64,000 bases of DNA from a virus (IMGVR_UViG_3300029286_001586:1-64000), one strand, 5' to 3'. Positions 50,049 to 60,200 are shown, counted from the first letter of the stretch. The notes: a model not told the origin generated them from the letters alone. Translations and numbers: made by a program.

Positions 50049-52742
50049 TTATTTTCCTCCTTTTAATTTGCATTTATCACTACACTTAATTTTCCATCCC
50101 AAACTTTTTATGAACGGACAAGCAAAGTGGTAAGCATCTCCGCTATAAACGGTTTTTACACAACTTTCAAGACCAAGTAAAAGATTTCCGTTCCTAGTAG
50201 ATGTTAATTTGGGGTCAATATTCTGGGTCCACTTAGTCAATAATTCAACACAGTCTTCTTCAGATACTTCCTGGTCTTTGTAGTACCCCGCCAAAACAAG
50301 AGTTGCCCTGTTTCTCGAACCCTTGACTTTTATTCCGTTCTCCAGTAAGTCCTTGACACAAACAGGAACGTAATCAGGTACGATTTTAAGCGTTGTTCTT
50401 TTATATTCTTTGGTCTTGTAATCTCTGAGCATATCATTAGCCCACTTTTCAGCCACGTCTATTTTAGACGCTACTCCAATTTTCTCCTTTTTCTTGGGCG
50501 AAACTGCGAGAGCCAAAATGTTGGTAATGTCTTCTCCTATCATTTTAATAGGAATAGTTATTTTAAATAGCCCCGATTTCATATTGGGGGTATTTTGAAT
50601 CCTGAGCATCTTTCTATTACCTGTTGCATTACAAAGGGTCTGTAACTTGAATTTGGTTCTTAATTTATTGTGGATATGTTCTATTTTCTTATGAAGGTCT
50701 GAAGATGGCTTAAAACCAAACACAGCTTCATCAACTATAATATGGAAACCCTTTGAATTTCCGCACCACATAGGTTTTCCGTTTCTTCTAACAAATATTA
50801 CACCAGTAGAAACTTCGCAACAATATACATTGTCATTATAAGGAACAAGTCCATATCCCCATCCAGTTCCAAGCGTGTTTTTTATATTATATTGATGTTT
50901 TGTTGATTTATTATAGGTTACTAACCACATATTTCCATCTTTTGTGACATTAGAAGCATATCCTAATCGCAAACATAGTTCATTTATATTATCAGCTAGT
51001 TCTTTTTGTATTCCTGGATATAAAACATTTTTGTTTTTGTCTCCATCCCCTAAATAAAAAGCATCGAAAAGTATTTTGAGCTGTCTTTTGGAAAGATTTA
51101 ATATATTTCTATCTATTTTTTTACACAAAACATTACAAAGCTGTTTATCATAAATCATTAAATAATTACAACCATTCGGATGCTTACTATATTTTACTTT
51201 ACTTCCAAAAATTCTTTTGGCTGAATTCCAAATTTTTTTAAAATTTTTCGTGTCTTTTTGACATATTGTTATTTCACAACTTCCTGCGTTTTTCCCTCTC
51301 TTACTTTTTCTCTTTCTGCTATATCCTTCGGATAACCAATATCCCAAAAATTCAAGCCAATCATCCATTTTAATTTTTTTGGCTGGTATTTTATATTTAA
51401 TTTTTCCTCCCCCGCATATTTTATAAGTTTCGGGCAAAACAAAATATTTTTGTTCTTTCCCTGTATGTTCTATTCCTCTATTAAAAATTAAATTAGACCT
51501 ATTTATTAGTTCTTTTATTGGTCGAAGTTCAAATTCTTTTTTATTATCTTTTTGGATTTGATGGTACATATTATGGTCTGGAGTAACTAGAATATCTATA
51601 AAACTAGATTTAAGATTATATAAATGTCCTTTGTATGGGAATTTTTGTATTGTTTGGGGGTATTCGTATTTTGTTGTGTTTTTGTGTTTAACAGCAACTT
51701 TATCTGTCGTTTGTAAATCTTTAAAATATTTCCACCCATTTTGAGTTAAAATTTCTGTGTCTTTGCTATAACATCCAGAAAATGATAGGTGTATCATATT
51801 ATCGGGAATATTGAGTCTAAACAGTTCATCTAGTATGTAGATAGCTTCTGCTTGTGCCTGACTTAAATCATCGACATCATCAACATCGAGGTCAAAGAAC
51901 AAGGGCATGAGGAAATCTTCGCCATATACTTTTTCAGCGTTCCTGAATTTCTGGACTGACATATATAACTCAGACCCACTATGTTCCCTAACAAAATGAG
52001 GAATTTGATTAGTCTTTAGTCTTAACCATTTACTCCACTTTTTCTCATTTTCAGAGTTCATGTAGGAGAAACATACTTCTTTATACATATAGTCTTTATT
52101 GTCTATTTCGTCCTGGGGCTTAGAAAACAGAGTATAAAACAAATCATCACTAAGAAGCGGTTTAATCCTGTCAGTGAACGCTTTTAGTCTTTCAAGCAAG
52201 TATTCAATATCGTAGTCTTCGGCATAGTCTTCCTTCAATTTGCATATCTTTTTCTTCTCGGTCGGCTTTGCAAAGTAGTAACCAACTTTGTTCCCAATCG
52301 GCACATTCTTATTTTTAGCAAGCAATACTTCATAAACTTGGTCTGATTTTATCTTATTAGCCTGATATGCGTTTAGTGAGCGATTTATTTCCCTGTGCTG
52401 AATGAATTCATTGAGTTCCATTTTACCACTCATGATAAGTTCTCTGAGAGTGAGATATCGTTCTCTTATTTTGTCATATTCCTTATTAAGAATGTCCCAA
52501 ATAGAGTCCCTGATAAAATCTTTACCAAACTTTTCAATCCCCCTGCTTCTAAAACTTACACCAGACATTTTAATCTTATTATCTTCAGTAACACGAATGT
52601 AATTCTTAGGCAAAATATTACAAAAGAATTTATAGTAAGCTAGGTCACAGTCTATTCCTTTTGGTAAAAAAGCGTTTATCTCTTTAAGCAAAGATTCGCC
52701 CTCTAGTTTATACTTTTTTATGTTTTTTTCTGTATTCAGCAT
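50049..52742 (-). CDS. PolB C-terminal part (KNY motif and thumb) fused to AEP primase and a PriL-like domain; intein-containing
   Basis: PKNY, SGVSFRSRG, YLLERL; FFDLDVD, FSG|SKGFH, RMLR-like KMLRI, GSRNRA, C-terminal Cys cluster. Confidence 0.75.
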   Translation of the reverse strand: MLNTEKNIKKYKLEGESLLKEINAFLPKGIDCDLAYYKFFCNILPKNYIRVTEDNKIKMSGVSFRSRGIEKFGKDFIRDSIWDILNKEYDKIRERYLTLRELIMSGKMELNEFIQHREINRSLNAYQANKIKSDQVYEVLLAKNKNVPIGNKVGYYFAKPTEKKKICKLKEDYAEDYDIEYLLERLKAFTDRIKPLLSDDLFYTLFSKPQDEIDNKDYMYKEVCFSYMNSENEKKWSKWLRLKTNQIPHFVREHSGSELYMSVQKFRNAEKVYGEDFLMPLFFDLDVDDVDDLSQAQAEAIYILDELFRLNIPDNMIHLSFSGCYSKDTEILTQNGWKYFKDLQTTDKVAVKHKNTTKYEYPQTIQKFPYKGHLYNLKSSFIDILVTPDHNMYHQIQKDNKKEFELRPIKELINRSNLIFNRGIEHTGKEQKYFVLPETYKICGGGKIKYKIPAKKIKMDDWLEFLGYWLSEGYSRKRKSKRGKNAGSCEITICQKDTKNFKKIWNSAKRIFGSKVKYSKHPNGCNYLMIYDKQLCNVLCKKIDRNILNLSKRQLKILFDAFYLGDGDKNKNVLYPGIQKELADNINELCLRLGYASNVTKDGNMWLVTYNKSTKHQYNIKNTLGTGWGYGLVPYNDNVYCCEVSTGVIFVRRNGKPMWCGNSKGFHIIVDEAVFGFKPSSDLHKKIEHIHNKLRTKFKLQTLCNATGNRKMLRIQNTPNMKSGLFKITIPIKMIGEDITNILALAVSPKKKEKIGVASKIDVAEKWANDMLRDYKTKEYKRTTLKIVPDYVPVCVKDLLENGIKVKGSRNRATLVLAGYYKDQEVSEEDCVELLTKWTQNIDPKLTSTRNGNLLLGLESCVKTVYSGDAYHFACPFIKSLGWKIKCSDKCKLKGGK
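50757..51773 (-). mobile_element. Intein (339 aa) with LAGLIDADG endonuclease, inserted in the primase SGxKGFH motif
   Basis: Begins CYSKDTEILT, VTPDH block B, FLGYWLSEG and FYLGDG, ends WCGN followed by Ser. Confidence 0.9.
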
Positions 52743-52781
52743 GATATTGCTTATACCTTTTAAGTTGTTTTTTATTTGGAA

Positions 52782-54308
52782 CTATTTTTCCTGTGATTGC
52801 CATGATTCTTTTGTTATATATACCCCGTCCGTGTCCCGCTCCAGTGTTATATATCCTTTCTTTGTTAGAAAATCGCACATTGTTTGCAGCGTTTCTCGTC
52901 CTATCTTTGTGACTCTGCTTGCTTCTTCCATGTCGTTCCATTGAAACACATTACTGCCCAACAGTCCATAGAGTGAGTTGATTAATATTTTAGTTGATTG
53001 TTCCTCTGCTTTATATCTCTCTAGTCCTGTTTCTTTGGCTTGCGCTTTCATACTGAATCTTAGGTCTGTAAGAGTTTTAAGCAGTTTAGGAAACACTTTG
53101 AATTTGTCTGATTTGGGACAGACATTATAATTCAACATGACTGATGGATAAAGCGAATTAACATCTAAATGATAGACATGTTCAAATATTCCTCTCTGTT
53201 CGGCTCCGACCATAGCACCTTCAAAATCTATTTTTTCCTGCTTGATAGGGATTGCATGTCCTTGTCTGTAATATTCCCTGACAAACATTCCTGTCATTTT
53301 CGTGGAAGAACTAGCAATACACACTTTCTCATAGTTCATAGGAAGCATTTGTGTCTGGTAGAAGTCTTTTTGTGTCAGTAATTTTGATAGATGGTCAACT
53401 GCCAAACAATCGTCCATACAATGCTTTATAATCAACTGCTTATCTGTTTTAAGAAATTCTGCTATCTTAGTTTTATCAATATTCATATCCTCGAACTTCT
53501 TACCAAATCGCTCTGATACATCATCGAGTTTATATGTTTCAAGTTCTCTGTAAATAGCATCCCAGGCACGAACAGAATAATATAGGTCAACACAATGCCG
53601 ACCCCAAATCTTAGGGACCATTATTTCCACGCTTTGATTATCACCCATACGAATATGGGTCTGGAACATATACATGTCGGAATTATTGCGTCCGATATTC
53701 GGTCTGATATCATGAACTGCTGCTCTATTCATGAGTAATTGAAAGTCGAAACTGAATCCATTATAGCTTTCAATAACATCAGGATTCAATCTCTTAATAA
53801 CTTCAAAAAAATGCTCGATGATAAAATTCTCATCACCGATTATGTAATCGCTTTTATCTCCGCAAGTATAACAGATAATTAATATCTCTGAATCAGTAAG
53901 CGATAGACCCGTTGACTCAATATTGAATTGTAAGCGTTTCAGGTCTTCATATTCCATTCCCTTGAATAGAGTCTTTCCTGTTTGAATCATGTACTGAGTA
54001 TTCATATCCGAAATTGTAAAGTGTTGGGGTTGTGCCAAACCATTGTTCTGTCTCAATGTTTTCATCAGGGGAAAAAACAATCGGGGTTCAATATAAGCCA
54101 AGATGTTATATCCGTCTCCCTGAAGTTCTTCATATTCTTTTTGTCCAATACGACTTAGCTGATTTTTAGAAGAAAGATAAAGAAATGGCTTAAACGCTTC
54201 TTTAAAAGTTTTACCATTCCTAAAGATAGTAGTTGCAGTTCCATTATTTACTTCAATAGATACTATATCCGTGGTCTCATTTTTTCCGTATATTAAAATA
54301 TCGTTCAG
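52782..54308 (-). CDS. polB: Family B DNA polymerase, N-terminal part (exonuclease plus motifs A, B, C); probable CTG start at 54308
   Basis: YNGFSFD, DVNSLYPS, KILINSLYG, DTDG; frame is open 69 codons upstream of the tracked start. Confidence 0.85.
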   Translation of the reverse strand: MNDILIYGKNETTDIVSIEVNNGTATTIFRNGKTFKEAFKPFLYLSSKNQLSRIGQKEYEELQGDGYNILAYIEPRLFFPLMKTLRQNNGLAQPQHFTISDMNTQYMIQTGKTLFKGMEYEDLKRLQFNIESTGLSLTDSEILIICYTCGDKSDYIIGDENFIIEHFFEVIKRLNPDVIESYNGFSFDFQLLMNRAAVHDIRPNIGRNNSDMYMFQTHIRMGDNQSVEIMVPKIWGRHCVDLYYSVRAWDAIYRELETYKLDDVSERFGKKFEDMNIDKTKIAEFLKTDKQLIIKHCMDDCLAVDHLSKLLTQKDFYQTQMLPMNYEKVCIASSSTKMTGMFVREYYRQGHAIPIKQEKIDFEGAMVGAEQRGIFEHVYHLDVNSLYPSVMLNYNVCPKSDKFKVFPKLLKTLTDLRFSMKAQAKETGLERYKAEEQSTKILINSLYGLLGSNVFQWNDMEEASRVTKIGRETLQTMCDFLTKKGYITLERDTDGVYITKESWQSQEK

Positions 54309-54598
54309 AATTTTACTCCATAACTTATTAAAGATTTTGTGTAATTATTTCGTGGATTGGAATCAACTCGATGGAAACACTCATGATAAAAATTTAGATT
54401 ATCAGAACCCAAATATATAGAATAAAGAACTTTATCTGGATTAAAACCTTGTAATGATGCTCTGCTTATATAAGACATTACATCGCATTTTATCTTTATA
54501 TCAGAACCAACTTCACCACGAACTCCAGATATGAACTGACCATTATCTTCCCCAATATAAAGGGCTATTAAGAATATAATCAATAGTATGTGCTTCAT
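54305..54598 (-). CDS. Hypothetical protein with signal peptide
   Basis: Hydrophobic N-terminus; directly downstream of promoter copy 4. Confidence 0.6.
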   Translation of the reverse strand: MKHILLIIFLIALYIGEDNGQFISGVRGEVGSDIKIKCDVMSYISRASLQGFNPDKVLYSIYLGSDNLNFYHECFHRVDSNPRNNYTKSLISYGVKF

Positions 54599-54603
54599 AT
54601 ATC

Positions 54604-54633
54604 ATTATACCACATAATAGCCCCAAAGTTGAC
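54604..54633 (-). promoter_or_regulatory. Conserved phage promoter, copy 4
   Basis: GTCAACTT-N13-TGGTATAAT; ATG 5 nt downstream. Confidence 0.7.
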
Positions 54634-55403
54634 TACAAATTAGTCGATGGTTTTAATATCTGGAGATTTTTACCGACTTTGCACCAACCACCACAGTCCT
54701 GACATTGCGCTCTCTTATATTTCGTGGTGGCATTAATTGAAAATCCTCTTGATTGCATATTACCAGACCCGCACTTGGGACATACTAATTTATTAGTGTA
54801 CATTCCTAAATTTGGGTGAGTATTCATCCAGGGAAGAAGTCTGAGATATATCTTTTCAAGAAGAATAACATCATTTGCGTTATACTGCTTCATCTTTTTC
54901 CACGCTTCGAGTTTTCCAGCCATACAATCCAGCCATAACTTAAATCCGCCAGTTTCGACTTTAACTCCCAAATCTAAATACTTGCCGAGGTCATTTAAGC
55001 TGTTGCTATTAAAAGCAAAGTTTTTTTTTGCTACTATCTTAGTATCAACTGTTTTGAATGGGGCTGGAGGTTTCATTTTATGAAATGAAAATCTTGAATT
55101 ACTTTTTTTAATATCAAAATCTGCCCCGTTATGAGCAACTACAATATCTGCTTCATCAAAGAGCTTCCAAATGTCCTCTACCAACGCTTTATCGCTTTCT
55201 TTGTCTTTTTTATAAAGCGGATAATCACAGAGTCCTTTGGAAAACACTTTCTCTCCCAACCACTTCGCACTGAAACTCAAAATATGCCATTCGTCTTTAT
55301 TCTCAATAATATGGGTTTCCCAGGGATGCGACCACCAATAGCCGAGATTAGGACTGGTCTCAATATCGAATATCAATATTTTGGACTCATTATCTTTCTT
55401 CAT
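54633..55403 (-). CDS. DEDDy 3'-5' exonuclease (RNase_H_2/YprB-like) with C-terminal zinc ribbon
   Basis: FDIETSP, HNGADFD, YNAND, CPKCG...CQDCG. Confidence 0.85.
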   Translation of the reverse strand: MKKDNESKILIFDIETSPNLGYWWSHPWETHIIENKDEWHILSFSAKWLGEKVFSKGLCDYPLYKKDKESDKALVEDIWKLFDEADIVVAHNGADFDIKKSNSRFSFHKMKPPAPFKTVDTKIVAKKNFAFNSNSLNDLGKYLDLGVKVETGGFKLWLDCMAGKLEAWKKMKQYNANDVILLEKIYLRLLPWMNTHPNLGMYTNKLVCPKCGSGNMQSRGFSINATTKYKRAQCQDCGGWCKVGKNLQILKPSTNL

Positions 55404-55961
55404 TTATTCCTCCTCTTTATTTAATCTAACTGAAACAATAGTGTCTTCATAAATCTCGACACCAGGAATTTTTGTATTCGGGTCCTGAAGTATTGCTCCT
55501 TGTATTTTCTTTGGGTCAATGACTTCCGAATAAAAAATATGAGGCACTTTTTCTTCATCAACAATGTTATATTTTATTTTACTTGACCTAGATATTCCTT
55601 CTATATATTCAGGCACGAATTCTATGCCGTTCTTTTTAGCTTCCGCTTTTTCCATATTATCAAATTGAACAATGGCATTTTTAATGACAGTCTCGGCTAT
55701 TTCTCCCTTTTCAATCAAAGGTTTAAATATTTTCTGCGCTGCTTTTATTGCTACTTTTGAGGGTTGAATAATGCTATCAAGAGCATCTTCTGCATCTTTT
55801 GCATACTGTTTAGCTTTCTTTACTAAATCCGCTCCTTCAAATAACTGTTTTACCGTAGTTATTTTATATTCTTTTATGGGGAACTGTATTTCTTGCGCTC
55901 TTTTTATTAGAGCAATTGCTTGCGGATTTACTACTGCGACTTCTTCTTTCTTTTTAGCCAT
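55404..55961 (-). CDS. Coiled-coil phage protein (Gp157/Gam-like)
   Basis: IVDEEKVP...IPGVEIYE C-terminus. Confidence 0.5.
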   Translation of the reverse strand: MAKKKEEVAVVNPQAIALIKRAQEIQFPIKEYKITTVKQLFEGADLVKKAKQYAKDAEDALDSIIQPSKVAIKAAQKIFKPLIEKGEIAETVIKNAIVQFDNMEKAEAKKNGIEFVPEYIEGISRSSKIKYNIVDEEKVPHIFYSEVIDPKKIQGAILQDPNTKIPGVEIYEDTIVSVRLNKEEE

Positions 55962-56135
55962 TATTTATCTCCTTGTTAAACGCATATAAAAATAATCCTA
56001 TTATTACGGTCCAACTTCCAATCAAAGCCCAAAATGCACACCATAACCAAAATATTACATCATGATTCGTCATTCATTTGTCCTTTCTAATTCGTCGTCA
56101 TAAAAATAGCCAAATTTTATTCAGTTTAATCATTT

Positions 56136-56735
56136 TCATTTGTATTTTTCTTTCAAAAAGTCTATCAATTGTCCGACGCATTTAAAAACTCCTCCCCCAC
56201 TTGGTCTAACCATTCCATGAATCATTGAACCGTTTATTCTTGTCTTTGAAGCTGTTATTAGGTACACTGGTTTTGTCCTGAAACCAAGTTTTTTTAGTCC
56301 TGGTCTGACTGTTGTTTCATAAAATTCTCTATCTTCTCCGCACCAATTATCTTTTATCAAATCAAACGATGTCAATACTGTTGCAATAGTTATCTCTCTT
56401 GTAGTACCAACATAATGTGTTCCTGGCGGAATATTTGCTATTATAATATCAGCTTTTCTTACGTTCTCAATATCGACTTCCCAAATATTCCGATAAATAT
56501 TATCAACTTCATCATCTTTTCCAAGCATACGCAGTTTTTTAATTTGCTTATTGCTATCTATAACATCGAATCCTGTTTTCTTTGTTTCTTGTTTACATGG
56601 ATTAAATATTTGCACAATTGGAATTCCTGAAGCGATTAAAGCGTTTTCAATCTTAATGAATTCTGAGTCTGCTTCATCGTCGCCTTCCATCGGACCGACA
56701 ATATAAACAGTTAAATTTTCATATTTTTTGTTCAT
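56136..56735 (-). CDS. Nucleoside 2-deoxyribosyltransferase-like protein
   Basis: VYIVGPM, NP, D...V.KAD, GT..E. Confidence 0.65.
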   Translation of the reverse strand: MNKKYENLTVYIVGPMEGDDEADSEFIKIENALIASGIPIVQIFNPCKQETKKTGFDVIDSNKQIKKLRMLGKDDEVDNIYRNIWEVDIENVRKADIIIANIPPGTHYVGTTREITIATVLTSFDLIKDNWCGEDREFYETTVRPGLKKLGFRTKPVYLITASKTRINGSMIHGMVRPSGGGVFKCVGQLIDFLKEKYK

Positions 56736-57125
56736 ATTTTAACTCTATTATTCCTGTTTCGTCATTTATATCTTCTGGGTCATCAAGACCATCGCCTATC
56801 ATTTCTTCTGGACCGACTTTAGATACAATAATATTCTTATCTGACATATGTATCTCCTTCAATTTTTGTTCGTTCTATTCTTTGAAGTAAATTCTGTCAT
56901 TAATCTATCCATAAAATTTGCCATTCTATCTCTTGCCCATTCAACGGGAACTTTTTCATCAAGCTGTCCTGCCATATACATTCTCAGTCCTACCATATCA
57001 ATCCAATGCATAAAATCACTAATATTATCAATCATTTTGTCTAAATCTTTGCCCATTATTTTCTCCTAATGAGTTATTGCGACAAGAATCATGAATATGG
57101 CTGTACCTATGAATAATGCTTCCAT

Positions 57126-57947
57126 TTATAAATCCTTTATTAGATGATATTGTTTCTGGAAATTATGTTCCATTTGCAGTCCTGATGGTCCGTTCCTATT
57201 CTTTTTAACATCAACAGTAAGCACATCATCAACACTCCAGATAAAAAAGACTCTATGTGCGTCATATTCTTTGCTCCCACTTCCCTTTAGGTCCGATAGT
57301 TTGAAGTTCAATATAGTACGTTTTGATGCTTCTCTATTCATTGCAGTAACTGCGACAACAGGAATATTATATGTTTTTGTTATTTGCAACAAACCTCTCA
57401 TAATAGACGACAGTGCTTCATGAGTATTTTCTGAAGAACTCATTTCGGGCATAATATCAATATAATCTAACATTAATATGTTTGGTTTAAGTTCTTCAAT
57501 GACGAGTTCTATCTTTTCCATAGGAATATTTTCGTCAATAACAAACAGAGGAAGCTCTATTAGTTCAGCTTTCGCTTTTTTTATTTTGGCTTTATCTATA
57601 TCTTTAGTTATTTTTTTCGTCTTAAATATCATTGAATTGAGTTGTGTTTTATTTGAGAGCATATTAATACCAATTTCGTCCTGAAACACTTCATAAGTAA
57701 TTAAAAGAACTTTTTTGTTCTGCTCGGCGATATTCATAGCGAGTTGCAATAAAAACGTCGATTTTCCGCTGCCAGGCGAACCCGCAATTAACGTCAATTC
57801 TCTATTACCAAATCCTCCCAGCATGGTATCAATCTGTTTAAACCCGCTTTTAAGACCGACTTCTCCTGACTCAACACGTTTCATAACTCCTTCAGCAGAA
57901 GTTAATATCGAATTCATATTTTTTAGATAATTTGGTTCCTTGTTCAT
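57126..57947 (-). CDS. dnaB: DnaB-like SF4 helicase (RecA domain only)
   Basis: GSPGSGKST, LDYI, NRE, SDLKGSG..E.DA, KKNRNG. Confidence 0.85.
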   Translation of the reverse strand: MNKEPNYLKNMNSILTSAEGVMKRVESGEVGLKSGFKQIDTMLGGFGNRELTLIAGSPGSGKSTFLLQLAMNIAEQNKKVLLITYEVFQDEIGINMLSNKTQLNSMIFKTKKITKDIDKAKIKKAKAELIELPLFVIDENIPMEKIELVIEELKPNILMLDYIDIMPEMSSSENTHEALSSIMRGLLQITKTYNIPVVAVTAMNREASKRTILNFKLSDLKGSGSKEYDAHRVFFIWSVDDVLTVDVKKNRNGPSGLQMEHNFQKQYHLIKDL

Positions 57948-57953
57948 TACTCT

Positions 57954-57983
57954 ATTATACCACTTTCAAGAGGAAAAGTTTAC
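57954..57983 (-). promoter_or_regulatory. Conserved phage promoter, copy 5
   Basis: GTAAACTT-N13-TGGTATAAT; helicase ATG 6 nt downstream. Confidence 0.7.
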
Positions 57984-58477
57984 TCATAATCTATAAAATC
58001 CTGTATAAGTGTTTGATTGGTCTTTTTTTGTTTGACAACTTCTTTGACTTCCCGCTCTGTCTTGTCTCTTATTTTTTTAAGAACCGCTTTGACATAACGA
58101 ACATCATAAACTCCATTATCTAATGCAACTCCAATGGCTTCGCTCTTTTGTTCTTCGTTGCCTTCCAGAGCATCGAGTTCTTCCAGTGCCATAAACTGAC
58201 ACTTTGCAGAGCGATTCATTTTGGTAATAAAATAAGTAATGTATTGATTTCTTCCGTCCAATAATTCTTTCAGTCTTTTGACCCAATCAACTTTTTCATG
58301 TCCCTTGCTTTTAATCGAGAGATGAAAATTCCTGCGCTTTTGAAAAAGAGCTTTTACCAACGCTTCCTGAATATCAGCTTTAATATACTTCTCTTTATTC
58401 ATTTCATAGATTTCTTCTTCGGAATACTCTTTATCTATTATAATCGTACAGCTTGGTATTTTACAACTTAGCTTCAC
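57980..58477 (-). CDS. DnaD-domain-like replication protein
   Basis: AIGVALDNGVYDVRYVKAVL resembles the DnaD YIxxIL motif; adjacent to helicase. Confidence 0.45.
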   Translation of the reverse strand: MKLSCKIPSCTIIIDKEYSEEEIYEMNKEKYIKADIQEALVKALFQKRRNFHLSIKSKGHEKVDWVKRLKELLDGRNQYITYFITKMNRSAKCQFMALEELDALEGNEEQKSEAIGVALDNGVYDVRYVKAVLKKIRDKTEREVKEVVKQKKTNQTLIQDFIDYE

Positions 58478-58942
58478 TGATTAGGACTCCTTGACCATCT
58501 TTGTTCTGAAGGTACATTTGCAAATTTAATTTCAATTTGAGAAAATGTATCAGGAATTGAATTACTATCCATAACACTTGCCCATGTTATTGCTGGCATT
58601 ATTGCAATTTTATGTCGTTCTGATGGTGTCATAACTCTATAATGGTCATGATTGCAATTTGGGCAAAAGAACACTTGTTTTCCTTCTAATTCCATATCCC
58701 ATTCAAATGTTTGATATGAGTCACAATTATGACAATAAAGCTGTTCTTTAATTGTTCTTGACATTAATCATCTTCCTTTTCTTCGTCTTTGTACATAACT
58801 ATTAAAGCTACTGTTTCTCCCTTTAGTCCCAAAAATGTTTTTATTTCAAGCAATTTCCACCCATATTCAACATCGTTATTGATGTCCTTATCAATAAAAC
58901 TCATATTTGAAACCTTCGTCTTATAAACTCGTCTTGATTCTG

Positions 58943-59497
58943 TCATTTCTTTCTCCCTTTTAATAGTGTAGCAAGTTTTACTGGCTGATAATTATTTAGT
59001 TCTGGACTAATCAAAATATGTCTATCATCTGTCGGAACGTATTCATCTGGATATGATTTGAGTATGTCCCTGTCCAGATTATGCAAGTGTCCGTGTATAT
59101 TTATCTCATCGTCTTTAACTGGTATTGGTCTATGCGAGAACACTATTTTATGACCCATGAATCGCATTGAAATTGTATCGGCAACAAAATCCCAACCATG
59201 CTTCATATACCACTCATTCGATTTGGTATCATGGTTTCCTCTTATGAGCCATCTTTTTTTTGCGACAGAAAAACTATTTAACGATTCGTGTGTTTTTTCG
59301 TCATTTCCCATAGATACATCACCAAGATGAAGTAATATAGAGTCTCTAGGAAGAAGGTGCAATGCTTTCCATTGTAGTTCTTCGTGGTCCAATGGTCTAT
59401 GACAATACTTTATTATTGCATCATGATTAAAATGTGTATCACTAACTATCCAAAGATTGTTCATAGTGTTCTCCAATCTCCGTGAACATGGTAGCAC
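58943..59497 (-). CDS. Calcineurin-like metallophosphoesterase
   Basis: SDTHF.H, HLGD, GNHD, SH.P, HGHLH. Confidence 0.9.
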   Translation of the reverse strand: MLPCSRRLENTMNNLWIVSDTHFNHDAIIKYCHRPLDHEELQWKALHLLPRDSILLHLGDVSMGNDEKTHESLNSFSVAKKRWLIRGNHDTKSNEWYMKHGWDFVADTISMRFMGHKIVFSHRPIPVKDDEINIHGHLHNLDRDILKSYPDEYVPTDDRHILISPELNNYQPVKLATLLKGRKK

Positions 59498-59798
59498 GAA
59501 TGGTTGGTATTATAAGCATGTGCGATAGTATAAATATCAGATATAGATTGCGATAAAGCAACTAGCTTTTTATCATATCTTTCGGGATGTATTAAATAAG
59601 TTTCGTTATCAGATTGGTAACAAAGTTCTTCAATTTTATCTAGTATTTGATTTGTTGTGGGTTCCATATTATCCTTTCATAAATATAAATGTAATTATAT
59701 TTGCCACTAAATAAAGAGAAGCTAGTAAAGTTTTTAGTAGGCTTGCTTCTCGAATACATCCAACAAAAATCAATAAACAACCTCCAATAATTAAAGTG

Positions 59799-60200
59799 TT
59801 ATTGAGATAGTTCATTAGATTTCCCTTTTTTAATAATAGATTGTGCCAAAGAAATTCGTTGACCGATGGCTTTAGCCATGTTCTCCATCATATCCCTGAG
59901 TTCCCTGTATTCACTTGCCTTGTCATTGATATAAATTTCTTTTTCATAGTCAGTTCCTTTAAGTCCTTTTGAAACAGCTTCTTTTTTATAAGACTCTAAA
60001 AGTTTTGCTTGTTCTTTTCGATAATATTTCTCAGCAATGGGAAGTAGATAAAGAACATTACTATACCATGCTTCTATCTCTTTTGCCTGTGCTTCAACTA
60101 CATCAGCTTCTTCAGCAAGGGGACACTGAAAAAGTGTACCAATAGCTGTCAACACTTCTTTTGCTTGTGTTTCTAGGTCTTTATATGAAAGTAATATCAT
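59799..60200 (-). CDS. Helical hypothetical protein (possibly a UvsY-like mediator)
   Basis: Coiled coil ending RISLAQSIIK. Confidence 0.4.
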   Translation of the reverse strand: MILLSYKDLETQAKEVLTAIGTLFQCPLAEEADVVEAQAKEIEAWYSNVLYLLPIAEKYYRKEQAKLLESYKKEAVSKGLKGTDYEKEIYINDKASEYRELRDMMENMAKAIGQRISLAQSIIKKGKSNELSQ

